Positions 38,551 through 51,304 of a stretch of 64,000 nt of DNA are shown one piece after another; positions within the stretch are counted from its first letter, which is position 1; every line of letters begins with the position of its first letter. The stretch is from Dendrobates tinctorius. Lineage: Eukaryota. The stretch covers positions 34,844,001 through 34,908,000 of the forward strand of contig NW_027361675.1 of NCBI RefSeq assembly GCF_039654945.1, in the 5' to 3' direction. Position numbers and translations under genes: made by a program. The notes under the pieces are model-generated. The model saw nothing but the letters and a program-made list of their open reading frames with translations, was not told the DNA's origin and did not search any database.

Positions 38551-41060
38551 TTAATAATTTCAAAATTATGAATAAATAAGCATTGTCACATCTCCACCCG
38601 GACTTGTTCCTACGATATCTACTTCTGTCACCAGGCGCCATAATATTCATTCAGTGGGCTGCACTGGTGATAGAGGAGACATAATGGCTAGAAGCACTGT
38701 ACAGTGCAGGCTCTGTAAAGCCAGAGATACTAGTGTGGCTTGAAACTGTAGTACTCACTTTTCTTGCAGTATGTGTGTGTGATGTGCTGCATTAGTAGTC
38801 AGCTCTCTCCTGTGGCTAATTGGAGAGCATCACACCATACTTAAATTCCCAGCATACTGCTTGGAGTTGCCAGTTATAGTTTAAACTTGCTATGGTTCAC
38901 TTCTGTTATTCAACTTATGCTCAGGCTGTTTGATTCCCATTTCTGACTTCGGCCAGTGTTCAGACTATCCTTCTGCATGACGATTCTGTTCCTGTCCCTA
39001 AACTCCTGATATTGACGTGTCTTCTGACCTCCCTCTGCCAGTTTGCTCCATCACACAGGCAGCAGTGGACCCAACCCAGGAGCCCATGATTAAATCCCTG
39101 GGATTTGTCAGATGGAGTGGCTAGCGCAAAGCCTGTCCATGGAAGCCCTGAAAGTCTTCCACTGACAGAGCTTCACGACAAGTACTGTATAAAGTTATCA
39201 GTGTCCAGAAAAATCAGCCTAGTGTAAAGCTGAAAATAATAACACTGGAGGAGGGCATAAAGCTGCAGTTTCTCTCGCTCAGCATTTTAAAAAAAAGTAA
39301 GCGTGTAGGTAGCAGTAATGGAAGACATGACTGGCAAACAGTGCTGTACACAGCGGGAATTTCAGAATAAGAAAAGCATACCAAAATAACGAGACTGGAA
39401 AAAGATGTGCATTTCTGAAGCCACACAAAAGAAAGGTAAGAGAATTCAAAACAGGAGTTCTCTTCTAAGGCTGGTGTGAAGAAAATTCAAGGAGTTTTGA
39501 CCAATCAGACACTGTCAAAAATAATATTACATGATGGCTAATATGATTATTGGCAGTCTATGCAGTACATGAAATGTCGATTTGAGAAAAAAAGGATCCA
39601 CCTGACAGTAACGATCATTAGTTAAAGCTTGCACAACCTTCTATACAAAACGAGTGATTGGTTGTTATAGTAGAGTTATTGTGGACAGTTAAGCAAGTTG
39701 AAGATGAAATGATACAGTTAACTACATTTCCTTTGTATTTTAGGCAAAAAAAAATTTCATCTTTTATATTTTAAAAATTACAAAAAGAGAAATGAGCTAA
39801 TGCAAAAGTTTGGGTACCCTGCATGGTTAGTGCCTAGTACCATCCCCTTTTTCAAATATCACAGCTTTTAAACGCTTTTTGTAGCCATTAAAGAGCATTT
39901 CAATTCTTGTTTGAGGGCTTTTAATCAATTCTTCCTTGGAAAATTCTTCCAATTCTGTGAGATTCCTGGGTCGTCTTGTATGCACTGCTCTTTTGCAGTC
40001 TAGCCACAGATTTTCAATGATGTTCGGATCAGGGGACTGTGAGGGCCATTGTAAAACCTTTAGCTTGCGTCTTTTGAGGTAGTGTATTGTAGATTTTGAC
40101 GTGTGTTTAGGATCATTATTCATTTGCAGAAGCGATCCTCTTTTCAACTTCAGCTTTTTCACAGATGGTGCTATGTTTGCATAAAGAATTTGTTGAAATT
40201 TCATTCTTACCTCTATCCATGAAATATTCTCTGTGCCACTGGCTGCAGCACAACACCAAAGCATGATTGATCCACACCCATGCTTAATGGTTGGCGAGAT
40301 TTTTTTTCCTTAAATTATGTGCCCTTTTTTCTCCACACATACCACATTGGTCCACAGGACGTGTTTCCAAAATGCATCAGACTTGTTTAGATGTTCTTTT
40401 GCATACTTCTGACACTGAATGTTAGGGTGAGGACACAGGAGTAGTTTTCTTCTGACTCTTCCATGGAGTCCATGTCTATGCAGGTGTTTCTGAATAATAG
40501 AACAATATATCACAATTTCAGAGTCTATTAAATTTTTCTGAAGGTCTTTTGCAGGCAAGCGGGGTTCTGAGTTGCCTCTCTAGCAATCCTATGAGCAGCT
40601 CTCATGGAAATTTTGCCCGATCTTCCAGACCTTATTTTGACCTCCACTGTTCTTGTTAACTGCCATTTCTTAAGTACATTTAGAACTGTGGAAAGAGCAA
40701 CTTGAAATGATTTGCTGTCTTATAGCCTTGTCCTGCTTTGTGAGCCTCCACCATTTCAGAGTGCTAAGAAATTGCTTATAAGAACCCAATGCTGCTGTTT
40801 GTTGGCACAAGGTTAGATAAGGTCTTTAGAAAGTTGGGAAGTTTGCATCACCTGGCCCTTCCTAAGATGATAGTGAACAAGCCACAACCTTAATAGGTTA
40901 ATTAGGTTCTGAAACCTTGATTAAAGTTATCCGAGTACACAAATCTCCAAGGGTGCATTGGCGCATTTCCTTTTTTTATAATTTTTAATATGTAAAGATG
41001 AAAATATAATTTTTCATAAAATAGGAAATGTGTAATCTTTAACTTTAGGCCTTTTAGAGA

Positions 41061-42309
41061 TGTCACGATTATGTTGTCCGTTATCCCGGGGCCAAGGGCT
41101 CCTTCCCTGTCACTAATGCTAGGGGTGCCCTAGCTATCCCTGTTCACCAGATTTCTTCTAATGGTGAAGACGGCAGAGACATGTACCTTGCTTAGCTCCT
41201 GAATCTGCCCTCAGTCTGTTCCCTTCCACCGCCCAGGGAAGAGGGGAGTAGTAGTGTATGGCAATACACCAACCAGATTAACAAGGTAATAAGAACAGGG
41301 ATAAAGGAAAATATCAATCATACAAAAATGCACTCGCAAACACTGGGGAGACACTGGGAAGTGACAGACGGGAAAAACCAAAGTAGGAGACAGAGTCTTA
41401 GATAAATCCATGAAACACCTTCCCAAACAACACACTACCAACTCGTGAACCATGCAGCAATGAAGCTAACGCTGGCAATACTGACTTGCCAGAGTTCAAT
41501 TTATATAGGAGAGGGAAGTGGCCAACAGTGAACAGATGAGAGTCTAAGGGCACCGTCACACATAGCGACTCACCAGCGATCCCGGCAACGATATCAACTT
41601 GTCAGGATCTCTGGTGAGTCGCTACATGATCGCTGGTGAGCTGTCAAACAGACAGCTTCAACAGCGATCTGCACAGCGACGCCCAGCGTCGCTGTGTACT
41701 TTAGTTACCAGCACGCTGATGCAGGGAGCTGTTAACTAAGGTACACATCGGGTTTCTAAGGGGCGTGTGTCACTTAGAAACCCGATGTGAACCTTGGTTA
41801 CCAGCTCCCTGCATCAGCGCGCTGGTAACTAAGGTACATATCGGGTTTCTAGGCACAGCGCGCCCCCTTAGAAACCCGATGTGTACCTTAGTTACCAGCT
41901 CCTGCTCGCTGGTTGCTGGTCTCCCGCCTGTCACACGCAGCGATGCATGCTGACCAGCGGGAGACCAGCGACCCCAAAAATGTCCAGGGCATTCCATCAA
42001 CGATCAGCGATACTGGCAGGGGGGCCGGTCGCTGATCGCTGTCACACACAGCGATCTCGCTGGTGAGATCGCTGTTGCGTCACATAACTAGTGACTCAGC
42101 AGCGATCTCGCTAGCGAGATCGCTATGTGTGACGGGACCCTAAAGCAGGTAAGCTTCCACAAGTTCTCAACTGAGTAGATTAACCCCTGCACTGCTATAA
42201 GAAACCTGCACCGTTTAATATGAAGGTGAAGTGCTTCTAGTGAGTGCAGGAGTAGGAGAAATCAGACAGCGCAGTATTCAGGCTCCTCTGTCGTGGCAAC
42301 CCTGTGACA
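41061..42309. mobile_element. Solo LTR inserted in the Tc1 TIR
   Basis: TGTCAC...GTGACA termini; 5-bp TSD AGAGA at 41056-60 and 42310-14; removing it restores the TIR seen near 56570-56600. Confidence 0.85.
41548..42140. mobile_element. Harbinger-type MITE inside the solo LTR
   Basis: TIR GGGCACCGTCACACATAGCGA / TCGCTATGTGTGACGGGACCC; TAA TSD; duplicated internal hairpins. Confidence 0.88.
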
Positions 42310-43577
42310 AGAGATCATTATATCTTCAACTTGCTTAACTGTTAACAATAACAGCAATTTTGACCAGGCATGCCACTGTATATATAACCTTTGAAATGCA
42401 CTGTGTTTGCTACAATATTCAAAAAAATATATCAAAGAGAGGTATTCTACTAAATTAATAATGAGCTTTTTGTAGGATAGGTCATCAATATTAGAGTGGT
42501 GTGGGGCTGACATCTGACACCATCATCAATCAGTCATTATTACGTCTTACGTTACAGTGGACAGATGCAAACAGGTTATGGAGAGAAACACCACCAATCC
42601 GTCACATTGTTTAGTGGCTGCTGTGGGGTGCTGCAGAACCTATTCAACTAACCAATTGCTTTTTGACTATGAACAGTGTTCCCATCTGACAGTATTTATG
42701 GGTGCTAAGCTAACACCTGATCAGTGGGGGTGCTTATCTGATTCAAAGGTTAGGTTGTCAATATAAATGTAGGGGAAAACCCTTTCAACCTGATGAGATA
42801 TCGTAAAGTGATAAATCTCATCCCCTCACAATGGTGCAGTTAACAATTCACTAACATCATCACTAGAGCGTGAAGCACAAAGTAACCGGTCAAGCAAAAA
42901 TGACTACCAGTGACAATATGCTATAAAAGGAATACAACATTGTAATTTAAAAGATTTATGTTACATTGATGTGATCAAATTGTTTAAAAAGCCTAATCAT
43001 AAAGGTGTTTCCCAATACTTAATTACAATTTTTTTACAACATTCTGGCTGCATTACTTATTAGAGAGAATATGTCAACAGGTTTTGTTATGTAATCCGAG
43101 AGCAGCATGGTTATAGGGGCAAAGATCTAGTCAAACTGATCTGTGTAAACCTGCCCCACCACTGATTAGAAGCTTTCTGTCACAATGTATAGTGTACACA
43201 AAAAGCCGCCAGCGGTTATACACAGCTCAGCATTCATAGCCCTTCTACATCTGCAAGAGAAATCTGTGATTGTATTTAAAAAAAAGTGTAATTCTGGCGT
43301 TTTCATTTTTTTTTCTCCTTATGCTATTAAACAATAGGATTACTTCATTTTATATTTTGATAGATAGGACTTTAACAAACAAAGCTATGCCAAACATGTG
43401 TATTTTCTAACAGTTTTAGTTTACTGGGGCAAAAGGGGGGTGATTCTAACTTGTGGTTTTTTTTTTTCTCATTTTTACTGTATTTGTTAATCCCCTTAAG
43501 GGACTTTAAGTTGCGATTGCCTGATCGTTGGTGTTAAACATAGCAGGTCTTCAGCTCTGCCATGAATAGCAGTGTTA

Positions 43578-43984
43578 GGGTACCGTTACACCTAGCGATG
43601 CACCAGTGATCCTGACCAGCGATATGACGCTGTCAGGATCGCTGGTGCTTCGCTAGGTGGTCGCTAGTGAGCTGCCACACAGGCAGATCTCACCAGCGAC
43701 ATCGCAGGGGTTGGGGATCGCTACTTACCTGTCAGACGCGGCGATCCTGCGTCCTCCCGCCTGGCTCCACGCGCTACTCGTCGGCGCCACAGGAAGCCCC
43801 AGCAGGAAGTGGCCGACGAGGAATGGTCCAGCAGCTTCTCGCACGACCAGCGATAACCAGCGGGGGAGCCGGTCGGAGGTAAGTATCACATGCAGCGATA
43901 TCGCTAGCAATATCGCTGTAACGTCACAAAATCGGTGACTTTACAGCGATATTGCTAGCGATATCGCAGTGTGTAACGGAGGCT
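43578..43984. mobile_element. Harbinger-type MITE (family A; inverted relative to the 3361 copy)
   Basis: TTA at 43575-77 and 43985-87; closely similar to the reverse complement of 3361-3755. Confidence 0.88.
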
Positions 43985-43987
43985 TTA

Positions 43988-44790
43988 GGCGTCTGGTTTC
44001 TGCGTCTGCTCTGCAGGAATCCAGAGCCTCACATTCTGCGGTCTCCTGCTGTCTTTCTACTGCAGAGAAGATTACTTTGCAGCAGACCACTCCAGAGACT
44101 AAGTTCCCCTGTGCTCCTACTGGGCATGCTCACGAGGCGATCTCCCATTGGAGATCGGGAGTCATGTGCCCAGGTCCTGCTCTAGATCTCATTGGTCCAT
44201 CTCGGAGATCTGGAAGGTCCCGCACGGCTATAAAAAGCGCACATGACCGTTCGGCCATGCGCTAGTATAGACTTTTCAAGCTAAATGTGTGAATGGTGAC
44301 GGATGTATGACTCTGGTGACGGACTCATTTGAAACCCCTTCCCTCTGATATTATGCATGTGGATAGGGAATTAGTGCAGCAGTCAGTGGCAAGCCTTAGG
44401 CCACTGTGCACACTGCACCTCTACTCTAGCGTCCGACATTGTGCCTGCTTCCTGCCCTACGCCGCGCTGCAGTTGCAGCCCTCCTTGGAGTCCGCAGTAG
44501 CGACGCCACACACACGGTAGGTCTAGACGGACGCAGCTCCTCTGCCTTGGGTCCTGCTCCTGTGACCAGATACCATGTGTGCATTTCCCTGTGGTCTGTG
44601 CCACTAACAGGCTCAGCATTTTCGTATGTTTAAGTTGCGGCGCCTCTGTGTGTGAACAGAGCCCGCTTTACGCACTTCGGGTGATGTCTAACCCATGCGC
44701 ATTATACCGCCATATTGCTCGTCTGTCATTACCTAGCAGCGGTTTATCACCTACTGCATGGTGGACCCCGAGCGGCGAACGCACTTTATT
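43988..44790. mobile_element. LTR-like repeat (start TGTTA at 43573, split by the MITE)
   Basis: GC-rich, with TATAAAA near 44229; right end and TSD not resolved. Confidence 0.4.
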
Positions 44791-45346
44791 ATTTATTAGA
44801 AATCACGAGCTCCAATGAATGCTGGCCACAGGCTGGTGTTCACAGAAGGATCATAATAACAGGTATTGGGGTCATCAGCAGACCTCTGGCTGTCATGACA
44901 AACCATCGGTTCCCTTACGATCACCTGACAGGTGCACAGATGGTCATAGAAAATATCATGAAGATAGAAGAAGTGAAGACAGTAATAATTTTTTTAAAAA
45001 GTGCAAATTTTATTGGTAATCAATTTAAAACAAAAGACAGGACAAATGGGTCTCCAACATGAAGGGGATAAGGATAACCAGCAAAGAAAAAAAGGAATTT
45101 TATAATTCTCCATAAGGTGCAAAGTGCATATATTAGCAAAAGACAAAGCTTGATATTATTATTAAACATCTAGAGTCCATAGTGCCTATAAACCCCTACC
45201 AAAGAAATATATCCTATGGCCTATACTCCAACAGCAATTGCAATATTATTGCTAAAAATTTGCCAAACAAAGTGGAACAGCACTACAGAGATATGGCCTA
45301 TTTTTTTGGGGTGGGGGAAGGGAGGGCTATAGGAAAAACACCAGGG

Positions 45347-45997
45347 AGATTAGTACAAATCAATAAACAGAATCATCTGTCCTGTGTGTGCATACCTAGT
45401 TTATGATTCTCTCTCAGAAGAGTGAAGAGAATTAATGGAACAGCAGAAAAATATTCTATAGAGCGTTAAATATAAAAAGCTGGGTTCAGGATTTTACCTG
45501 TTGCTGGCCGCTAAAACACAGGACAAGTGTGGTGAAACTGGATGCTGGTAGGCTTTTCCCCACCACCCGACAGCGCTGTTTCACAATAGTTGCTTCTTCC
45601 AGGGTCGTTTAACAGGTAGTGGTGTTCACAGAGTATTTGTAGTTACCGTCTGTTCATAAGCGCGGTCATGTGACCGGAATTGTGTATAGGACCTGCGGGT
45701 GAATTTTACATCCGGCTACCGCCGGATATGAAAAGGACCTGTGAGTAGCGTGTGGCTAGTCTAAGAAATGGCACTGTCGAGCGGCGGGGAAAAGCCTAAC
45801 AGCATCCAGTCTCACCACACTTGTCCTGTGTTCTAGCGGCCAGCAACAGGTAAAATCCTGAACTCAACTTTTTATATATGACGCTCTATAGAATATTTTT
45901 CTGCTGTGCCATGAATTCTCTTCACTCTTCTGAGAAAGAATCATAAACTAGGTATACACACACAGGACAGATGATTCTGTATATTGATTTATACTAA
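45347..45997. mobile_element. Penelope-like inverted repeat
   Basis: ~45347-45570 is inverted relative to ~45775-45997; hammerhead-like motif at the inner edge. Confidence 0.65.
45565..45605 (-). ncRNA. Variant minimal hammerhead-like motif
   Basis: ACCC-UGGAAGA-A-GCAA(CUA)UUGU-GAAA-CAGCGCUG-UC-GGGU; palindromic stem III and GUC triplet; core differs from CUGANGA. Confidence 0.5.
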
Positions 45998-46002
45998 TAA
46001 AT

Positions 46003-46685
46003 CATGTGCCCACCATGCGAAAAGTAAGCAGAACATTTGCGGATGGTACCCACGGTCTGGAGGAGAGGAGATTCTCCTCCAGGCTGTGGGTACCATATCC
46101 CTGTAAAAAATAGAATTAAAATAAAAAAATTGTCATTCTCACATTCCAATGTCCCTCGCAGTGTCACCAGGCCTCAGCGATGCTCCAGGCAGGTTCCGTT
46201 CCCAGTGACGCATTGCAACAATGACCTTTGATGACGTCGCGGTCTCGCGAGACCGCGACGTCATCAAAGGTCATTGTCGCAATGCATTACTGGGAGCAGG
46301 ACCTGCCGGGAGCATCGCGATGATCGAGAACGCTGCGCGGGACGCCGGAAGATGAGAAAAACCACATTTTTATTTTTTATTAATTATTTTTAACTTTATA
46401 TCTTTTTAATACTTATGCTGCATAGGCAGCATCAATAGTACAAAGTTGGTCACACTAGTAAAAACACTGTTTGACGAGTGTGACCAACCTGTCAATCAGT
46501 TTTCCAAGCGATGCTACAGATCGCTTGGAAAACGCTAGCATTCTGCAAGCTAATTATGCTTGCAAATTGCTAGTTTTTCCGCAGGAAAAAGGCGGGAATT
46601 AAAATGCGGTTTTCTTGCGTATTTCCAGCGGAATGGAATTCCCGTGGAAATTTCCGCGGAAATTCCGCAACATGTGCACATAGCC
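46003..46685. mobile_element. Harbinger-type non-autonomous element with a perfect 60-bp central palindrome (left end approximate)
   Basis: Right end TGTGCACATAGCC-TAA; palindrome at 46218-46277. Confidence 0.65.
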
Positions 46686-47544
46686 TAAGTATTTTTACTG
46701 CATCAAAAATGCAGCATCTTATACTTTCAGTAAAGTGGATGGGATTTATAGAAATCTCTTGCCCACTGAGCTTTTTTTCTAAGCGTAAACTAACCTGCAA
46801 TGCGTGCTTTCAAAGCATGTCAATTTCTCTCACTGAGCTTTCCATACACCTACATTAATGTGGAAAATTGGAAGGTAAAAAAACTCATGATTGTATCACT
46901 AAAATTTTGTAAGACAAAAACCAGAAAGTATCAAAAACATAGCAGCTTCATTTAAATCATGACAGACCAACAATAAAAAATGCAGCATCAAAAACACGAT
47001 AAAAACACATGTAAAAAAACACTCAAAAACAAATTGAAAAAAAGTAAATAATCTAATTAACTTATTAGGTGCATCAGCAAAATCAAAAACTCAAAAAAAC
47101 TCTCTGTGGGCACACAGCTTAAAGGGAATATCTACTACCATTCAAAAGTTTAGGGTCACTTAGAAATTTCATTATTTTTGAAAGAAAAGCACAGTTTTTT
47201 TGCAATTAAACTAACATTAAATGATTCAGAAATACACTCTATACATTGTTAATGTGGTAAATGACTATTCAAGCTGTAACGTCTGGTTTGTAATGCAATA
47301 TCTTCATAGGTGTAGAGAGGCCCATTTCCAACAACCATCAATCCAGTGTTCTTATGGTACTCTGTGTTTTCTAACTGTGTAAGAAGGCTAATGGATGGTT
47401 AGAATACCCTTGAAAACCCTTGTGCAAGTATGTTAGCACAGCTGAAAACAGTTTGGCTGATTAGAGAAGCTATAAATCTAACCTTCCTTTGAGCTAGTTG
47501 AGAATCTGGATCATTACATTTGTTGGTTCCATTAAACTCTCAAA

Positions 47545-48587
47545 ATGGCCAGAAAAAAGAACTTTGATATGAAACTCGACAGTCTATTCTTGTACTTAGA
47601 AATGAAGGCTATTCCATGCGAGAAGTTGCCAAGAAACTGAAGATTTCCTACAATGGTGTGTACTACTCCCTTCAGAGGAGAGCACAAACAGGCTCTAACC
47701 AGAGTATAAAGAGAAGTGGGAGGCCCTGCTGCATAACTGAGCAACAAGACAAGTACATTAGAGAGTGCAGTTTGAGAAATCAACGCCTCACAGGTCCTCA
47801 ACTGGCAGCTTCATTAAATAGTACACGCAAAATGCCAGTGTTAATGTCTACAGTGAAGAGGCAACTCCGGGATGCTGGCCGTCAGGGCAGAGTGGCAATG
47901 AGAAAGCCATATCTGAGACTGGCTAATAAAAAGAAAAGATTAATATGGGCAAAAGAACACAGACATTGGACAGAGGAAGATTGTTAAAAAGTGTTATGGA
48001 CAGACAAATCCAAGTTTGAGGTGTTCGGATCGCACAGAAGAACATTTGTGAGACGCAGAACAACTGAAAAGATGCTGGAAGAGTGCCTGATGCCACCTGT
48101 CAAGAATGATGGAGGTAATGTGATGGTCTGGGGTTGCTTTGGTGCTGGTAAAGTGGGAGATATGTACAAGGTAAAAGGGATTTTGAATAAGGAAGGCTAT
48201 CACTCCATTTTGCAACGCCATGCCATACCCTATGGACAGCGCTTGATTGGAGCCAATTTCATCCTACAACAGGACAATGACCCAAAGCACACCTCCAAAT
48301 TATGCAACAACTATTTAGGGAAGAAGCAGACAGCTGGTATTCTATCTGCAATGGAGTGGCCAGCGCAGTCATCAGATCTCAACCCCATTGAGCTGCTGTG
48401 GGAGCTGCTTGACCATATAGTATGCAAAAAGTGCCTATCAAGCCAAACCAACTTGTGGGAGGGGCTGCTGGAAGCATGGGGTGAAATTTCTCAAGATTAC
48501 CTCAGCAAATTAACTGCTAGAATGCCAAAGGTCTGCAATGCTGGAATTGCTGCAAAGGGAGCATTCTTTGACGAAAGCAAAGTTTGA
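47545..48587 (+). pseudogene. DD38E transposase with an early frameshift and a stop at 47985-87
   Basis: ORFs 47616-47987 and 47991-48587; WTD, QQDNDPKH, DLNPIE; 38 residues counted between the second D and E. Confidence 0.88.
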
Positions 48588-48602
48588 AGGAGAAAATTAT
48601 TA

Positions 48603-51304
48603 TCTAATATATAAAGCTCAAAGTGTGTATGTATGTATGTATGTATGTGTGTGTATGTCCGGGATAGGCATCCGCACCGTCGCAGCTACAGCCGCAAAAT
48701 TTGGCACAGTCACACGTCTGGACCCCGAGAGAGTCCTAAGCTATGTTGTGAGGCGAAATTTTAACCCCGCACGTTCCAATTCACCAAACAAATTTGCCCC
48801 ATCTACATACTGGGGAAAAAGTGTGTGCGCGTCAAGCCACGCCCCTCATTATGATGTCATAATGCCCCTATTTGCATACGGGGGAAACTGTGTGCGTATC
48901 AAGCCCCGCCCCTCATTATTATGTCACAATGGTTGCCATGGCGACGCTGATGTCATCATAGGATGCAAGCCCTGCCGCCGCTCATTATGATGTCATAATG
49001 GTTGACTATGGGATGGAGGATGTGTGATGGGTATATGGGCACTGGACTATGGGATGGAGGATGTGTGTTGGGTATATGGGCACTGGACTATGGGATGGAG
49101 GATATGTTTGACGGGTTTATGGGCACGGGACTATGGGATGGCGGATATGTATATGGGCACAGGACTATGGGATGGAGGATGTGTGATAGGTATATGGGCA
49201 CTTGACTATGGGATGGAGGATATGTTTGGCGGGTTTATGGGCATGGGACTATGGGATGGCGGATATGTATATGGGCACGGGACTATGGGATGGAGGATGA
49301 GTGATGGGTATATTGGCACTGGACTATGGGATGGAGGATACATATGACGGGTATATGGGCACTGGACTATGGGATGGAGGATTTGTTTGACGGGTATATG
49401 GGCACGAGACTATGGGATGTAGGATATGTATGATGGGTATATGGGCATGGGACTATGAGATGAAGGATGTGTGATGGGTATATGGGCACGGGACTATGAG
49501 ATGAAGGATGTGTGATGGGTATATGGGCACGGGACTGTGGGATGGAGGATATGTATGACAGGTATATGGGCACGGGCCTATGGGATGGTGGATATGTATG
49601 ACGGGTATATGGGCAAGGGCCTATGGGATGGTGGATATGATGGGTATATGGGCACGGGACTATGGGATGGAGGATGTGTGATGGGTATATGGGCACTGGA
49701 CTATGGGATGGAAGATATATATGACGGGTATATGGGCACTGAACTATGAGATGGAGGATATGTATGACGGGTATATGGGCACTGGACTATGGGATGGCAG
49801 ATATGTATGATGGGTATATGCTCACGGGACTATGGGATGGAGGATATGCATGATGGGTATATGGGCATGGGACTATGAGATGAAGGATGTGTGATGGGTA
49901 TATGGGCACGGAACTATGGGATGGCGGATATGTATGATGGGTATATGGGCACGGGACTATGGGATGGAGGATATGCATGATGGGTATATGGGCATGGGAC
50001 TATGGGATGGAGGATATGTATGATGGGTATATGGGCATGGGACTATGGGATGGAGGATATGTATGATGGGTATATGGGCACGGGACTATGGGATGGAGGA
50101 TATGCATGATGGGTATATGGGCATGGGACTATGAGATGAAGGATGTGTGATGGGTATATGGGCATGGAACTATGGGATGGCAGATATGTATGATGGGTAT
50201 ATGGGCACGGGGCTATGGGATGGAGGATATGCATGATGGGTATATGGGCATGGGACTATGGGATGGAGGATATGTATGATGGGTATATGGGCATGGGACT
50301 ATGGGATGGAGGATACGTATGATGGGTATATGGGCACGGGACTATGGGATGGAGGATATGTATGATGGGTATATGGGCATGGGACTATGGGATGGAGGAT
50401 ATGTATGAAGGGTATATGGGCACGGGCCTCTGGGATGGAGGATATGTGATGGGTATATGGGCACTGGACTATGGGATGGCGGATATGTATATGGGCACGG
50501 GACTATGGGATGGAGGATATGTATGACCGGTATATGGGCACAGGCCTATGGGATGGAGGATGTGTGAAGGGGATATATGGGCACGGGACTATGGGATGGC
50601 GGATATGTATATGGGCACTCGACTATGGGATGGCGAATATGTATGATGGGTATATGGGCATGGGACTATGGGATGGAGGATGTGTGATGGGTATATGGGC
50701 ATGGGACTATGGGATGGAGGCTGTGTGATGGGTATATGGGCACTCGACTATGGGATGATGGGATGGAGGATATGTATGATGGGTATATGGGCACGGGACT
50801 ATGGAATGGCGGATATGTATGATGGGTATATGGGCACGGGACTATGAGATGGAGGATATGTATGATGGGTACATGGGCATGGGACTATGAGATGAAGGAT
50901 GTGTGATGGATATATGGACACTCGACTATGGGATGGCGAATATGTATGATGGGTATATGGGCATGGGACTATGGGATGGAGGATTTGTGATGGGTATATG
51001 GGCATCGGACTATGGGATGGAGGATGTGTGATGGGTATATGGGCACGGGCCTATGGGATGGAGGATATGTATGATGGGTATATGGGCACGGGCCTATGGG
51101 ATGGAGGATGTGTGATGGGTATATAGGCACGGGCCTATGGGATGGAGGATATGTATGATGGGTATATGGGCACGGGCCTATGGGATGGTGGATATGTATG
51201 ATGGGTATATGGGCACGGGACTATGGGATGGAGGATAATTATAATTTGTTATAACTAACCACAGTTAGTTACTATGACCGGGCAGCGCCAGGCTCTTCAG
51301 CTAG
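48603..51304 (+). mobile_element. Non-autonomous Helitron carrying a minisatellite
   Basis: 5' TCTAATATATAAAGC followed by (GTAT)n; 3' imperfect GC hairpin CCGGGCAGCGCCAGG then CTAG; A|T target with no TSD. Confidence 0.85.
49003..51236 (+). repeat. G-rich minisatellite, 34/41/43-bp units (GACTATGGGATGGAGGATATGTATGATGGGTATATGGGCACGG)
   Basis: About 2.2 kb of tandem repeats. Confidence 0.97.

Larger units (their letters stand above)
39676..42378 (-). mobile_element. Degenerate long-TIR Tc1 (DD34E-type) split by a solo LTR
   Basis: Transposase fragments 39827-40264 and 40310-40558; TIRs match the 55055 element; right end ATGCCACTG-TA. Confidence 0.88.

Noticed and set aside
38584-39180. Solo LTR candidates (also 29407-29966 and ~31925-32530)
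   Set aside because: TG...CA-like ends are present but the flanks give no matching TSD, so boundaries are unsupported.
49002-51005. Repetitive ORFs or a CRISPR-like array
   Set aside because: Head-to-tail minisatellite with no unique spacers, no cas genes, in a vertebrate intron.
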